64,000 nucleotides of DNA from a bacterium (GCA_027592325.1 JAQCKO010000001.1:20247-84246); one strand, 5' to 3'. Shown: positions 27,969-38,319, counted from the stretch's first letter. Notes: generated from the letters alone by a model not told the origin. Made by a program: numbers and translations.

Positions 27969-28539
27969 GAGTTAAATTAAATGTATTATCCTGTTCCTCG
28001 CTTTCTTTTGTAAAATCTACCTCAACCATACGGCGTTCTCCTTGCTTATCATCGAAGAGAATATACCCATGTTTACATCCGAACTCGTACACCTCTTTTG
28101 TTACTTTAACATCTTGCATACAGTAGTCAATGACGTCTTGCACACGTCCCTCCTTCCACCACTGCACGGCAAGTAGTCCATGTGCACTTTTGCTGGTTCC
28201 AATCGTCGCAGCTGCGACATCATCAAGTTTTATACGAAATCCTAGGCTTTTGTGAATATGGTCGAGCATATCGCACTGCGGCAACTTTAATAAGTCCCCG
28301 GCATAATAACGATTCATAACAGGTAAATCAAATCCGATGGTGTTGTATCCAATGACACGATCACAGTCTTCAAGCCGTTTACACAATTGAGCAACTTCAT
28401 CTTCTAAAAATGATTCCCAGGTATCTGTCTCGTAAAAGTATGCACAAATAACCGATACATTCAATTTATTCGGAAAATATCCTCCGACGTCATTAAATGT
28501 ATTTGCCGTTTCAATATCGAGTACAACGTCTTTTCCCAT
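27958..28539 (-). CDS. DEDD-type 3'-5' exonuclease (RNase H-like fold)
   Basis: 193 aa. VVLDIETANT (Exo I), IGYNTIGFDLP (Exo II) and YCMQDVKV (Exo III-like). Confidence 0.6.
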   Translation of the reverse strand: MGKDVVLDIETANTFNDVGGYFPNKLNVSVICAYFYETDTWESFLEDEVAQLCKRLEDCDRVIGYNTIGFDLPVMNRYYAGDLLKLPQCDMLDHIHKSLGFRIKLDDVAAATIGTSKSAHGLLAVQWWKEGRVQDVIDYCMQDVKVTKEVYEFGCKHGYILFDDKQGERRMVEVDFTKESEEQDNTFNLTLGL

Positions 28540-28557
28540 ATGCGAAATTCTAGCATG

Positions 28558-29112
28558 TCATTCTGCTTGGAATGCCTTCATGTTATACACATGCATGTTT
28601 CCATGTGGGAGCGCTACTGTACGAGTTGGAACGCACCCAGGAAATTGAAATCCATGTGAGATCACAATGGCATGCTCTGGCAAGGTACGGACAATTGGGC
28701 GAATTTTTTCCATCGTCTCGGTGAGCAAATAGAGGCAAAGAACATCGACATCCGATAGATCCGCCTTCATAAAGCTACACGTATGAATTTCTGGAGTGAT
28801 TGGGGCTTTGTGGAGTTTAAATCGAAGGCGTGTCCAATGTGTCAGAATTGGGTTAATATCATACCCAATGACACGCGTTGCATTGTATTCCTTCGCGGCA
28901 ACAAGTAAAAAATCCCCTGCACCAGAACCTAAATCGGCGACAACCTGACCTTGTTCAAGCGGGAGTGCATCGAACATTTCTCGGATAAGTTTTTTTCTTG
29001 TCGCAACAAATGGCGCGCCGCTCATTATGGTGAGGAAGAATGTTGCTATTGCATAAGAAAAGGCCGTTAAAATAACCGCGACGATAATCAATATGCCGAT
29101 CCAAATATTCAT
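28558..29112 (-). CDS. Class I SAM-dependent methyltransferase with an N-terminal TM anchor
   Basis: 184 aa. VADLGSGAGDF (motif I) ... IGYDIN. Confidence 0.65.
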   Translation of the reverse strand: MNIWIGILIIVAVILTAFSYAIATFFLTIMSGAPFVATRKKLIREMFDALPLEQGQVVADLGSGAGDFLLVAAKEYNATRVIGYDINPILTHWTRLRFKLHKAPITPEIHTCSFMKADLSDVDVLCLYLLTETMEKIRPIVRTLPEHAIVISHGFQFPGCVPTRTVALPHGNMHVYNMKAFQAE

Positions 29113-29145
29113 AATGCATCTATTATTCTGTTTTATATCTGAAGT

Positions 29146-29643
29146 TTACTCCCACCATTTTGCATAGGGTGTTTCTGCGAGTAAATATAATTCTTTCTTC
29201 TTATTTGGATGCTTCTTAAGCAACTTCTTTGCAAATATTTGATCAAGTGAATAGCGCCCTCCCCCGCTAAAAAACAGAATACTCGCAATGGCAACAAGTA
29301 GAACCTGTGTTTGTAAATCACGAAAGTCGATGATGACACGCTCAAGGAAAATAGCCACGCTCATTTCAATAAGAACGATGGTACCAACAGCGCGCGCAAA
29401 CAGACCTGATACGGACAGAAGTCCGGCAATAATTTCAACAACACTGAAAAAGATGATGAGCCCTAATGCAAATTCTCCTGGCAGTTCGGCAAGGATAGTA
29501 TCTGATGTTTGCCTCACAAAGGTAAAACGACTCAACCCGGAAAGAATAAGCGAAACACCAAAAATAATACGGAGTGGAATCATTCCCCACATTGGCCGCG
29601 TTGCAAGCAGAGTTAATAAGGCCTTTTCTGTCCGGTGTTTCAT
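29146..29643 (-). CDS. DoxX-family membrane protein (start at internal Met to avoid overlap with the downstream GH5 gene)
   Basis: 4 TM. LRIIFGVSLILSGLSRF resembles DoxX. Confidence 0.45.
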   Translation of the reverse strand: MKHRTEKALLTLLATRPMWGMIPLRIIFGVSLILSGLSRFTFVRQTSDTILAELPGEFALGLIIFFSVVEIIAGLLSVSGLFARAVGTIVLIEMSVAIFLERVIIDFRDLQTQVLLVAIASILFFSGGGRYSLDQIFAKKLLKKHPNKKKELYLLAETPYAKWWE

Positions 29644-29647
29644 GATG

Positions 29648-30643
29648 TCAAGATTCAATAATGTGCTTCCCGGCATTCCATAACCGTTCATCACCTTGTT
29701 GCCGCAAATAATACCACCATTCTACTCCCCATAGATAGGCTGCATCAAGTCCTGTGCGCTTCGCAAATGACATGTGACGCCACAAATCCTCTGCTGTGAA
29801 TAATTCATATGCCGCTTGCAGATTCATATCTTTTGGTGAATGACGAAACCAAGGTTCGACTTGCAATTCCGAGATAATCACTTCACCAGCGAACAGACGT
29901 GCGAGCTGAGATTGTAATCGATACACAGCTGGCGTATGTGGAAAAACGTTATAGCCTATAGGTTCTGTGTATACAATACGATAGAGACTAATGCCAAGAA
30001 TATCGAATCCTGGCGCATGAAAAAGCCAAAATGACTGCTCCCCGCTTGTTGTGCGTTGTAGTTTGTGTTCGTTATCAATCTCGCGAACTAGTTGCGTAAG
30101 ATTTTGTACACGTTCAATGCTCGGCTGCGGACATTCACCGAACGGAAAAAACGGTTCGTTTTCTACCTGCCACGCATAAAGAACTGGATGTGTACTGTAG
30201 CGAGACATAAGCGCAATCGTCAGTGCTTCGATGCCAGGTTCAATGCGGCTATGATCAGCATCTACCCATTCCGGGAGAAAACATTCAGGCCATCTTGGGA
30301 CCTTTACTCCAAGCGCGAGCGTTATACGAACATCATGCGCGGCTGCTTCTTCGAAAATATAGTCGAGCTCAGAAAAATCATAGACACCTGGAGCGGTTTC
30401 AATTTGAGACCAATACGCCGGAATACGAAGATACTTTATGTTTAGTTCTTCAAGTATTGCCCGGTATGCATCTTTCCAGTCAACGCCTAAATACGTTGCG
30501 TACGGGACAGAAAATGTCGCTCCCCATGTTGGAGATTTTTTTGGCAGAGTAGTGGAGAGCAGCAACGCAAGCGCTGAAGCAAATACCATGAGCAAAAGCA
30601 CGACTGACCGATGCTTATATTTCTTCTCGTTGTTCCCGAACAT
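29648..30643 (-). CDS. Membrane-anchored glycoside hydrolase, GH5-like (cellulase/mannanase superfamily)
   Basis: 331 aa. N-terminal TM. WQVENEPF (the NEP acid/base motif) and VIISELQVEPW (nucleophile Glu). Confidence 0.55.
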   Translation of the reverse strand: MFGNNEKKYKHRSVVLLLMVFASALALLLSTTLPKKSPTWGATFSVPYATYLGVDWKDAYRAILEELNIKYLRIPAYWSQIETAPGVYDFSELDYIFEEAAAHDVRITLALGVKVPRWPECFLPEWVDADHSRIEPGIEALTIALMSRYSTHPVLYAWQVENEPFFPFGECPQPSIERVQNLTQLVREIDNEHKLQRTTSGEQSFWLFHAPGFDILGISLYRIVYTEPIGYNVFPHTPAVYRLQSQLARLFAGEVIISELQVEPWFRHSPKDMNLQAAYELFTAEDLWRHMSFAKRTGLDAAYLWGVEWWYYLRQQGDERLWNAGKHIIES

Positions 30644-32180
30644 AATTCATCCATCCCTCAAGAAATTGAATTCCTACCTTTACCGGTGATTCAATAATAA
30701 AGTCGAAGAAGTAAATAATAAAATTGAGTTTTGAAAATTTAAACGAAAGCCAACGCCCTGCTCTCACGACGGGCAGCATGAAAAAGTCGAAGACAGAACC
30801 TATAAGGCCTGTGCGATCGCGTGAGACGATGATATCTCGGACCGTCGCTCGAATACGGATTGCGAAGAAAAGGACAAGCGATACGAAAAAAAGAAACGTA
30901 ATGATCGAGAGCCAAGGAAATTGCAGCTGAGTGAGCAGCAACGCTATCACTCCATACACAAACAGCAGCACAACCCAATACACGACGGTTAACAAACGAG
31001 AAATAGCCGTAAACGAATCTCTTTTTACACGCACATTCAAATGCTCATGATCTGCCCCAACGACAAGTGCCTTCACTGCTGTAATATAATCTTCCTCATT
31101 TTTTCGTTCCGGAATAGTGATTGTAAGGCCAATAAGGGCAAGCAATACAGGTGGCGTAAAGACGGTCACCGAAAGCGGAATCAATGACACATGTCCATAG
31201 ACAAGAAGGTCGTAAGGAACATCCATCATGAGCGCTACAAGTGTTTTTGTAAGAAAAATGAACAAAATTGATTTGAAGACGGTTCTACGCAATTTGGTTC
31301 GAAATTCTTTCGTTCGTGTTTTTAGCTTCTTTTTAACCTCTTTTGCGAGGAATTCTGGATCATTGAGAAGCGCAGTGACGTCATCAGTATCTTCTATCAC
31401 GTCACGCATGACACGGAAGAGTCCGGTTTTTCGGCGCAACAAAATGGCAAGCCGAACGGTCACAGGACTTTGGATTTGACGATTCACTGCTTCAATAACG
31501 ATAGAAAGATTGCCTGCTAGCTCTTCGATAAGCGTACCCGGCGCATGACCAGGCCATTGAGGATAATACAGCGTGAGCAGTCTGAAACGAAGCGTTGCAA
31601 TATTGGAGCGAAGTAACACTTTATGAATAGCTAAATACAGTCGCAAATCTTTATCCTCTTCCTGAACAATTAGTCGAGGATCCCAAATAATACGATGCTT
31701 CATCTCAGCATACATATAGCTGACGAGTGCTTCATCGCGCACAGGTGGTGTGAGTAAATACTCAATTTCCGTTGAGAGAACGTCGACGATAAAGCTGAAT
31801 GCCTGTTCACGATCACTTGGAAGTTTATCAGCTGCCCGAAGTAAGGGCTCGTACTTCATGATGATGGGATTGAGCGTATTCACGAACACTTCAGGGATTT
31901 CATTATTCGGCAAGTACTTTGCCCAAATGAGTTCACGTAAAATATTTTTCCCAATATCATCAAGGGGAATATCTGCACCGAGGAAACGTCGTAACATGCG
32001 CTGGATGGCATTGCGACGAAGAAGATGTTCTTCTTGATATTCAACAGCCGTCCGTACTTTTTCATAAAAAGAACCAGCGCTCGTAGCCGGAGCACTCACT
32101 TCAATGGCTTCTTCTCCTTCTACAGCAAGCTGATGTTCTGCTTTCAGCGATACTGCAAGGTCACGTATGCGTTCTGACAT
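30615..32180 (-). CDS. Hypothetical protein with an ~300-aa soluble N-domain and a C-terminal polytopic membrane domain
   Basis: 521 aa. 6+ TM in the C-terminal half. No recognisable family. Confidence 0.45.
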   Translation of the reverse strand: MSERIRDLAVSLKAEHQLAVEGEEAIEVSAPATSAGSFYEKVRTAVEYQEEHLLRRNAIQRMLRRFLGADIPLDDIGKNILRELIWAKYLPNNEIPEVFVNTLNPIIMKYEPLLRAADKLPSDREQAFSFIVDVLSTEIEYLLTPPVRDEALVSYMYAEMKHRIIWDPRLIVQEEDKDLRLYLAIHKVLLRSNIATLRFRLLTLYYPQWPGHAPGTLIEELAGNLSIVIEAVNRQIQSPVTVRLAILLRRKTGLFRVMRDVIEDTDDVTALLNDPEFLAKEVKKKLKTRTKEFRTKLRRTVFKSILFIFLTKTLVALMMDVPYDLLVYGHVSLIPLSVTVFTPPVLLALIGLTITIPERKNEEDYITAVKALVVGADHEHLNVRVKRDSFTAISRLLTVVYWVVLLFVYGVIALLLTQLQFPWLSIITFLFFVSLVLFFAIRIRATVRDIIVSRDRTGLIGSVFDFFMLPVVRAGRWLSFKFSKLNFIIYFFDFIIESPVKVGIQFLEGWMNYVREQREEI

Positions 32181-32182
32181 AA

Positions 32183-32905
32183 TTAGAAAAATGTTCGATC
32201 ACTTGTATGGCGAATATGCTCAAATGCTTCTTCGGCCGTATCAACAATAGTATACAGCCCTATATCTTCTTTTGAAATGGTGTCGAATTCTTCATACAGT
32301 GTACTCCGAATGAATGCATCCAGCGGCCTCCAGAATGCTGTGCCAACTAATATCACAGGGACAGGCTCAGATTTCTTTGTCTGAATGAGCGTAAGAATTT
32401 CAAATAATTCATCCATTGTTCCAAAGCCACCCGGAAAATAGACGTATGCTTGCGCAGAAGCAGCCAGAATAACTTTTCGGGTGAAGAAATAATGAAATGC
32501 ATGCGATCCATTGACATATGGATTGATGCGTTGCTCCATGGGAAGTTGAATATTCAGTCCAATCGACGCACCACCAGCGTCGTGAGCGCCTTTATTCCCT
32601 GCTTCCATAATACCTGGCCCGCCTCCTGTCACAACAGTAAAATCGTGCTCTGCGAGCAAATTCCCTAGCTTCACGGCTTCTTGATACCAGTGACTCGTCG
32701 GCGCGAGTCGGGCAGATCCGAAAATTGTCACTTCTTTTGAAAGTGTTGAAAGAAATTGGAAACCTTCCACAAACTCCGACATGATCCGGAAAATTCGCCA
32801 GGTTATATCAGACATTTCATTCGGTACCTGATCATGCTCTTTACGATCAAGACAAGCACGTTCTTCTGACGTGAGAGGAATACGAGGACACGTTTTCATA
32901 TACAT
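32183..32905 (-). CDS. LOG-family protein (cytokinin riboside 5'-monophosphate phosphoribohydrolase / TIGR00730)
   Basis: 240 aa. TIFGSARL...VVTGGGPGIMEAGNKGA...PGGFGTMDELFE is the LOG signature. Confidence 0.8.
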   Translation of the reverse strand: MYMKTCPRIPLTSEERACLDRKEHDQVPNEMSDITWRIFRIMSEFVEGFQFLSTLSKEVTIFGSARLAPTSHWYQEAVKLGNLLAEHDFTVVTGGGPGIMEAGNKGAHDAGGASIGLNIQLPMEQRINPYVNGSHAFHYFFTRKVILAASAQAYVYFPGGFGTMDELFEILTLIQTKKSEPVPVILVGTAFWRPLDAFIRSTLYEEFDTISKEDIGLYTIVDTAEEAFEHIRHTSDRTFF

Positions 32906-33063
32906 ACATCATAGCATGCCGCTCCCGTAAACAATGAAGCGGTTCATACATATTTGTCTATATTGTTGTATCTGAAGCTATGATGGTGAAAACGGCTCAT
33001 GAACGTGTGCAAAGCCCGTGCTTGTCATTAACGCCCTGAACAGGATTCTGAATACACCCTCAG

Positions 33064-34059
33064 CTAAAATGGATGAAGCAAATTATGACGTCTTGACTGT
33101 TTTTCCGTTAATCGGCTTCGAAGCGCAGCACCAATCGCCGTCAAGTATAGAAGCACCTCATTTTGCTCGACGAATGGAATGGATAATCGTTCAACTACCG
33201 GAAATACATTTAATGAAAGAGATGTGAGCGTTGACAGTTGATCCGGACCTATCACTCCTGCATCGCCGGCCAGATACAGTCGAGGAATCTCGTACCCTAA
33301 CGAACGAAAATGCGTTACCACGCGCTGTATAGACGATTCGATCAGTTGCATTTCCACTGTATCAACGCGATTATCATGTTTGACGGCATTGTTTGCAGAA
33401 CGTATTGCACCTAGCGGTATAGAACGTGAGAAAAAGAGTCCACCAAAATAATCAAATAAACTTATTGTCGGCCAGTCACTATCTAGCTCAAGCAGCACTG
33501 CCAGTTCATTGTCTTTCAGAGCAACAATTTCACTACCAAAGTGTAAAATTGCACGATAATTGCTAAGCGCCTGCATTTCTATCACGGTCAAATCTACCTT
33601 TGGTACATGCAAAGCGCTCTGTATGTGGCCAGTATCTTCTCGTTCAGCCATGTACACGTCAAGGAGTAGGTAGTCATTCACACGTGCCGATTCTTCGATA
33701 GAGATGACGGCATCAGCGGTTTCTATAGGTGATCGACGCGCGACAGCCTGTAAAAGGTCGGCTTGAAACTGTACCTCAGACAGGCCTGATTTACACCAAA
33801 TACCCATGGTATACATACGGGAATTTGGCATCGATGCAATGGCGGAAATACGTCCGAGCGAACCTAGAAATGGCTCCAATGTTCTTAGAACTTCTTCTCC
33901 ATGTTGAATACGCCCGTCAACAATCATGCCTTCTGGAATAGGAATAGTCTGAAGCGCATGAATCGAACCTTTATTTGCAAGGACGGCGCATCGAACGCTT
34001 TGATCTGTAAATTGGATGCCAACAGTTTTTCCTCCCATATAGGGCATATTTAGCCCCAT
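33064..34059 (-). CDS. pilM: PilM-like type IV pilus assembly protein (actin-like ATPase fold), divergent
   Basis: 331 aa. Last gene of the pilus operon. N-terminal GIQFTD in place of the GIDIG phosphate-1 motif. Assignment rests partly on context. Confidence 0.5.
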   Translation of the reverse strand: MGLNMPYMGGKTVGIQFTDQSVRCAVLANKGSIHALQTIPIPEGMIVDGRIQHGEEVLRTLEPFLGSLGRISAIASMPNSRMYTMGIWCKSGLSEVQFQADLLQAVARRSPIETADAVISIEESARVNDYLLLDVYMAEREDTGHIQSALHVPKVDLTVIEMQALSNYRAILHFGSEIVALKDNELAVLLELDSDWPTISLFDYFGGLFFSRSIPLGAIRSANNAVKHDNRVDTVEMQLIESSIQRVVTHFRSLGYEIPRLYLAGDAGVIGPDQLSTLTSLSLNVFPVVERLSIPFVEQNEVLLYLTAIGAALRSRLTEKQSRRHNLLHPF

Positions 34060-34071
34060 TATACCATGAGG

Positions 34072-34572
34072 CTATCGCGTGAGAGAGATCGAAGAAGTAT
34101 TCTCAGATTCGCAGGCTTGAATAGTAATCGAGCCAGTCGTTGCCTTAGTGATGACGTATCCTGTTGTTCCTGCAGTCCAAGCAGTTGCACCTTGTGGACT
34201 AATTGGCATGGAACCCATGTATCCCTCCGTAACTAATCCACTCAAATCGGCACAGTGTGTATCACTCGCAACAGTTGCATCACATGTGTCGTCATCACAG
34301 CCGGTTGAATCCGTACCAATCATATATATTTGTGCGGCTGTCATATTATCTTTTATCTCTGTCAAATAATCGCCGCCATTATCTACCTGATCAATCTTAA
34401 TCGCATGAAGCAGCTCAGCGATATCAGAGAAGCGCCGAGCGTCACGTGCATCTTGAAATCGTGTACCTGGGTCAAGCGCCGCAAATACCACAGCCGCAAG
34501 GACGGCAAGAATAGAGATGACAATTAATAATTCAACGAGCGTGAATCCTTTTTGTGAAGAAAATCTTTTCAT
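34072..34572 (-). CDS. Type IV major pilin (prepilin N-terminal methylation motif)
   Basis: Start at MKRFSSQKG|FTLVELLIVISILAVLAAV. Cleavage after Gly, Phe+1, Glu+5. A C-terminal Cys pair (CDDDTC...C) for a disulfide loop. ~166 aa. Confidence 0.75.
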   Translation of the reverse strand: MKRFSSQKGFTLVELLIVISILAVLAAVVFAALDPGTRFQDARDARRFSDIAELLHAIKIDQVDNGGDYLTEIKDNMTAAQIYMIGTDSTGCDDDTCDATVASDTHCADLSGLVTEGYMGSMPISPQGATAWTAGTTGYVITKATTGSITIQACESENTSSISLTR

Positions 34573-34606
34573 AGATATGATTGGAAGTATTTTACCATAG
34601 GTGCGA

Positions 34607-35038
34607 TCAATCAATCTCACTCCAACTGGTGATATCTACCGACGAACCACTGACAGAAATTGCTGCAGATGCATTACGCACGTAGCCATTATTATCCGAT
34701 TCGACTGTAATTGTGCATGATGACGAGCATGGCGTTGCAGAGATAACAATCGTGCAATCAGCATTTCCCACACTTATGGCTCCGCCTGAATACGATGTGT
34801 CACGAGAAATACGTAACATTGCTTCATGAACACACGACTCTGCCGCTCCAATCGCATGGCCAGAAGCACGCGTCCCCTCCCCTAGCTCAATCGATCCAAT
34901 GGTCAAAAACACAAGACTTGATGTAACCACGAGTACAAGCGCTGTAAGTACCACAATACCTACCGTTGCCGCTGCGCCACGCGTATCAGACCTCAAGCGG
35001 GATACGAATAGCTGTTTGAAATTCTTCAACATAGTCAA
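34607..35038 (-). CDS. PilX-like pilus assembly protein (N-terminal PilX_N-type hydrophobic segment, no Glu+5)
   Basis: 143 aa. RG-AAATVGIVVLTALVLVVTSSL. Confidence 0.45.
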   Translation of the reverse strand: MTMLKNFKQLFVSRLRSDTRGAAATVGIVVLTALVLVVTSSLVFLTIGSIELGEGTRASGHAIGAAESCVHEAMLRISRDTSYSGGAISVGNADCTIVISATPCSSSCTITVESDNNGYVRNASAAISVSGSSVDITSWSEID

Positions 35039-35504
35039 AAAATGGTGAATTAGATGAGTTTATCGCTTCTAAAGTGTACTCGACCAAAACGATTCCTGCA
35101 TCATCAGCACTTGTAAGATTCGTGAAAACGAGATTCGTCACACGAACACGACCGGTTGTTAATTGTGTTGTTACGCCATTTATTCCTATTTGTAACGATC
35201 CATCATCTTCTGTCAGACTAAAGACCGTTGGATCTTCGCCGGAATCAACCATCGCGAACCGAAGCACTCCTGGATCAACGTCGAATGTTGAGCTTCCGAC
35301 CGTAATACTTGCTGCATGTCGGGCTGCATACGACAGTTTTGCCTGTATGATCGCGGCATTGTAGGCAACTTCAGCGAGCACCTCTGATTTTGCGCGATTT
35401 CGTGTCAGCGTTACAACATACTGCGTAGTAGCGATGAGGACAGAGCTCACAATCGCGACGTACAAAATCATCTCTACAAGGGTTGATCCACGCTTATTCA
35501 ACAT
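34986..35504 (-). CDS. Minor pilin / pseudopilin (prepilin-type)
   Basis: 172 aa. MLNKRG|STLVEMILYVAIV with Glu+5. Confidence 0.65.
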   Translation of the reverse strand: MLNKRGSTLVEMILYVAIVSSVLIATTQYVVTLTRNRAKSEVLAEVAYNAAIIQAKLSYAARHAASITVGSSTFDVDPGVLRFAMVDSGEDPTVFSLTEDDGSLQIGINGVTTQLTTGRVRVTNLVFTNLTSADDAGIVLVEYTLEAINSSNSPFFDYVEEFQTAIRIPLEV

Positions 35505-38319
35505 AGGAAATTGTCACATCTTCGAGCACCGGTGATGCCGATGTTGTTCCTGTCATATAGGCTTTCCACTGAAACCACTGCGTTCCACTTGTACCCGAAT
35601 GTGTCGCGAGCGAATCTCCACTTGTAGTGAATGTTGTTGCCGGGGTTCCATCTGACCCAACCCAAAGCGCATCGGCAAGCTCCGCCTCCGATGACGCTGT
35701 TCGAATACGAAATACAATATCGCCCGTCCCCGATTCCGTCCACTCAATCAATTGCCAGCTTGCAGAGGTTGATCCAGAATCATACGGTTGTGATGTGAAA
35801 TTGCCCTCATACGCATAGTCAGAAATGCTTCCTGGACCGAGTATCTGTAACTCAAGCGCATCATTCGCTGAGGCAACGTATGCATAGGTGCCGTCGTGGA
35901 AGACCCCTTGACCCCAATCATTCAAATCATACGTCACTTGCTGAGTCATAGAACCAGAAGAAACCGTCCAGCGTTGAAATTCATCATCTGTGTCCTCTGA
36001 TGCAATATAAATCGCCGCCCCACCACTTTCAACAAAGATATCCCAAATATCACCGGCAACATCGGCCGTTGTGAGCTCAGCAGGTGATCCGGGTGTTGAA
36101 ATGTCAAATTGATGAATTTCCGGATCAGCACTTAAAGTTCTTCCAACGTATAAGATCTCATTTGTGCTATCCACCTCAATTTCGAAGGCATCTGCAGCAC
36201 CAGTCAAATCTTGAGAAGAGCTTGTCAAAGAGGCCGGTGTTGACCAATCAAAAATCCATAACTCATTTGATGCGCCCGCACCATACATATAATCATCGTA
36301 AAATTTGATGCGTCGAATGTGCGTTCCGGTATTAACTGAATCCACAAATGAAGGGCTGGCGACACTCGATACATCGATAAGAAAAACTTCGTCCGCGGTC
36401 GATGCAAATCGTCCTAGCGTCACATAATTGCCTGATTTATCGAGTCCAATGCCATCTGAAGCCCCAGATGCGTCATAAAACCCCGCGCGCGTAGGAGATG
36501 ATTTCGTGGAAATGTCAATAATATCAAGCTCACGATTATTATGCGTTGTGGCTAAATAGGCGTAATTTCCATCAACCACCAAGTCATTCACATATGCACC
36601 AATTTCAAACCATCCCGTTAAAGAAGGTGTCGACGGAGTAGAAATATCGTAAATCAGAAACTCTGGCCCCGATGCGTCAGGATACGTTCCAATGTAAGCG
36701 TAATCGCCAGACACAACGATCGGACGTGCATTCGCTGTTCCAGAGATATTAGCCGATCCTATACTCGATAATACCGCCCATCCCCCTGTAGATGGCCCCA
36801 TTACCACAAGTTCACCGCTTCCATCTGAAGTGACATAAAAAATGTAACTTCCATAATCTGCAATATCGAGCGGCTGAGCGGCCAAATCGATGTTTTCATC
36901 TTCTGTGAGTCCATCAAGATCAATGATTTGCAAGTCTTCGGACGCATTTGTAGATGCAACAAATGCACGATCCGTATTCGGGTCAACAGAAAATGCCCTA
37001 TGTGTATTGCCTGTAATTAATGAGTCACCCACAGCAAACGATGATGCTGGATTGGTAATATCAATTTCGTAAAAACTTGCAATCGTCCCGCTTCCATCTC
37101 GCGAGACATAAAGAATCGTGCCGCTCACAGCAATGTGATAACTTGTTTGAGTTCCAACTAAATCAAGATCTGCAACCTCAGAATAATCAGATAAATCCAT
37201 CACCGCGAGCTCCTTTGATGTATTAGCCGTTGCAATATATGCATAGCTACTGTCAAGGGCGATGTCGCGCACACGGGCCGTTGCATCATAAGAACCGAGG
37301 AAGGACGGTGAGGCCGGGCTTGCAAGACTGTAAACAAATACTTCATCACCAGATGCATCGTTTGCTCTACCAACGACAAGTGTTGAATCAATAATCGCAA
37401 CGTCGTATGCATCCTCCGTCCCAGAAATATCGACGCTACCTACTTCTGTCATCGTGAGCAAATTTACAATTACAACCTCTTTTGCATCATCGCCGGTTAC
37501 CACATATCCATACTCTGTATAAATCGCAAGGTCATACGGCGTATACGAGCCAAGCTCAATTCCATCAATAAGGGTAGGTGCCACATTTTCAACGTTTGAC
37601 ACATCGTAACGATTTAATTCATCCCCAGTTGTTGCATCGAGCAGTACAAGGAGCTCATCCTGCGACTCCCATAGCAATAGCTCGATAGGAGCTGCACTCC
37701 CCGGGAGTGAGACAGTATACAATTCTTCAAGTGTAGACCAATCTGTTGAAACAGTCCGTAGGTCAATATCGCCGTCTCCTGATGCTGCCTGAGCCGTTGA
37801 CCCAAAAAAACTTCCATTATTAAATTCTGAGAGTAAATCTTGTGTCCACGTTTGTACTGCTGCAAAGTTGTACACGTAAAACACATGCGAGAGATTTACC
37901 AGTTTACTCGCCAATGTATACCAATTGATTGAAATTGTGATCTTTTTTGTTGCAGAATCTGCGACTCCACTTGCAGCAATATCCCCCGTAAGACTACCCG
38001 TTCGTGTGACATCTTCAACCAAAATACTGCGTGTATAGTTAGTAAGCACGCTTTCTGAACCAGATGCAAGTGCATAGCTTCCTAAAGCGGTATCTAAATG
38101 ATATGTTCCAGATGAAATGGTAGAAAAGTCTTGGTATGCAACAGAACGCACTCCCTCTATGCCTTCTTGAAGTAACCCAGAAGCAGCCACATAGTCAACC
38201 CCCTGTTTTCCTGATGCCGTAGCACGAAAAAGTGCACCAACCCCCGCTGATGCAAGCAAAGCGAAAATAGCGATGGCGAGTAGTATTTCGAATAATGCTA
38301 ACCCACGCTCGTCCTTCAT
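35494..38319 (-). CDS. Giant prepilin-like protein with a C-terminal beta-propeller (LVIVD-type repeats); putative pilus tip adhesin (PilY1-analogous)
   Basis: 941 aa. MKDERG|LALFEILLAIAIFALL (Gly, Glu+5), followed by many repeats of the form Y[AD][VI]A...D.YAY[IV]A...(S/T)...EL..(I/M)D, typical of beta-propeller blades. Confidence 0.65.
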   Translation of the reverse strand: MKDERGLALFEILLAIAIFALLASAGVGALFRATASGKQGVDYVAASGLLQEGIEGVRSVAYQDFSTISSGTYHLDTALGSYALASGSESVLTNYTRSILVEDVTRTGSLTGDIAASGVADSATKKITISINWYTLASKLVNLSHVFYVYNFAAVQTWTQDLLSEFNNGSFFGSTAQAASGDGDIDLRTVSTDWSTLEELYTVSLPGSAAPIELLLWESQDELLVLLDATTGDELNRYDVSNVENVAPTLIDGIELGSYTPYDLAIYTEYGYVVTGDDAKEVVIVNLLTMTEVGSVDISGTEDAYDVAIIDSTLVVGRANDASGDEVFVYSLASPASPSFLGSYDATARVRDIALDSSYAYIATANTSKELAVMDLSDYSEVADLDLVGTQTSYHIAVSGTILYVSRDGSGTIASFYEIDITNPASSFAVGDSLITGNTHRAFSVDPNTDRAFVASTNASEDLQIIDLDGLTEDENIDLAAQPLDIADYGSYIFYVTSDGSGELVVMGPSTGGWAVLSSIGSANISGTANARPIVVSGDYAYIGTYPDASGPEFLIYDISTPSTPSLTGWFEIGAYVNDLVVDGNYAYLATTHNNRELDIIDISTKSSPTRAGFYDASGASDGIGLDKSGNYVTLGRFASTADEVFLIDVSSVASPSFVDSVNTGTHIRRIKFYDDYMYGAGASNELWIFDWSTPASLTSSSQDLTGAADAFEIEVDSTNEILYVGRTLSADPEIHQFDISTPGSPAELTTADVAGDIWDIFVESGGAAIYIASEDTDDEFQRWTVSSGSMTQQVTYDLNDWGQGVFHDGTYAYVASANDALELQILGPGSISDYAYEGNFTSQPYDSGSTSASWQLIEWTESGTGDIVFRIRTASSEAELADALWVGSDGTPATTFTTSGDSLATHSGTSGTQWFQWKAYMTGTTSASPVLEDVTISYVE

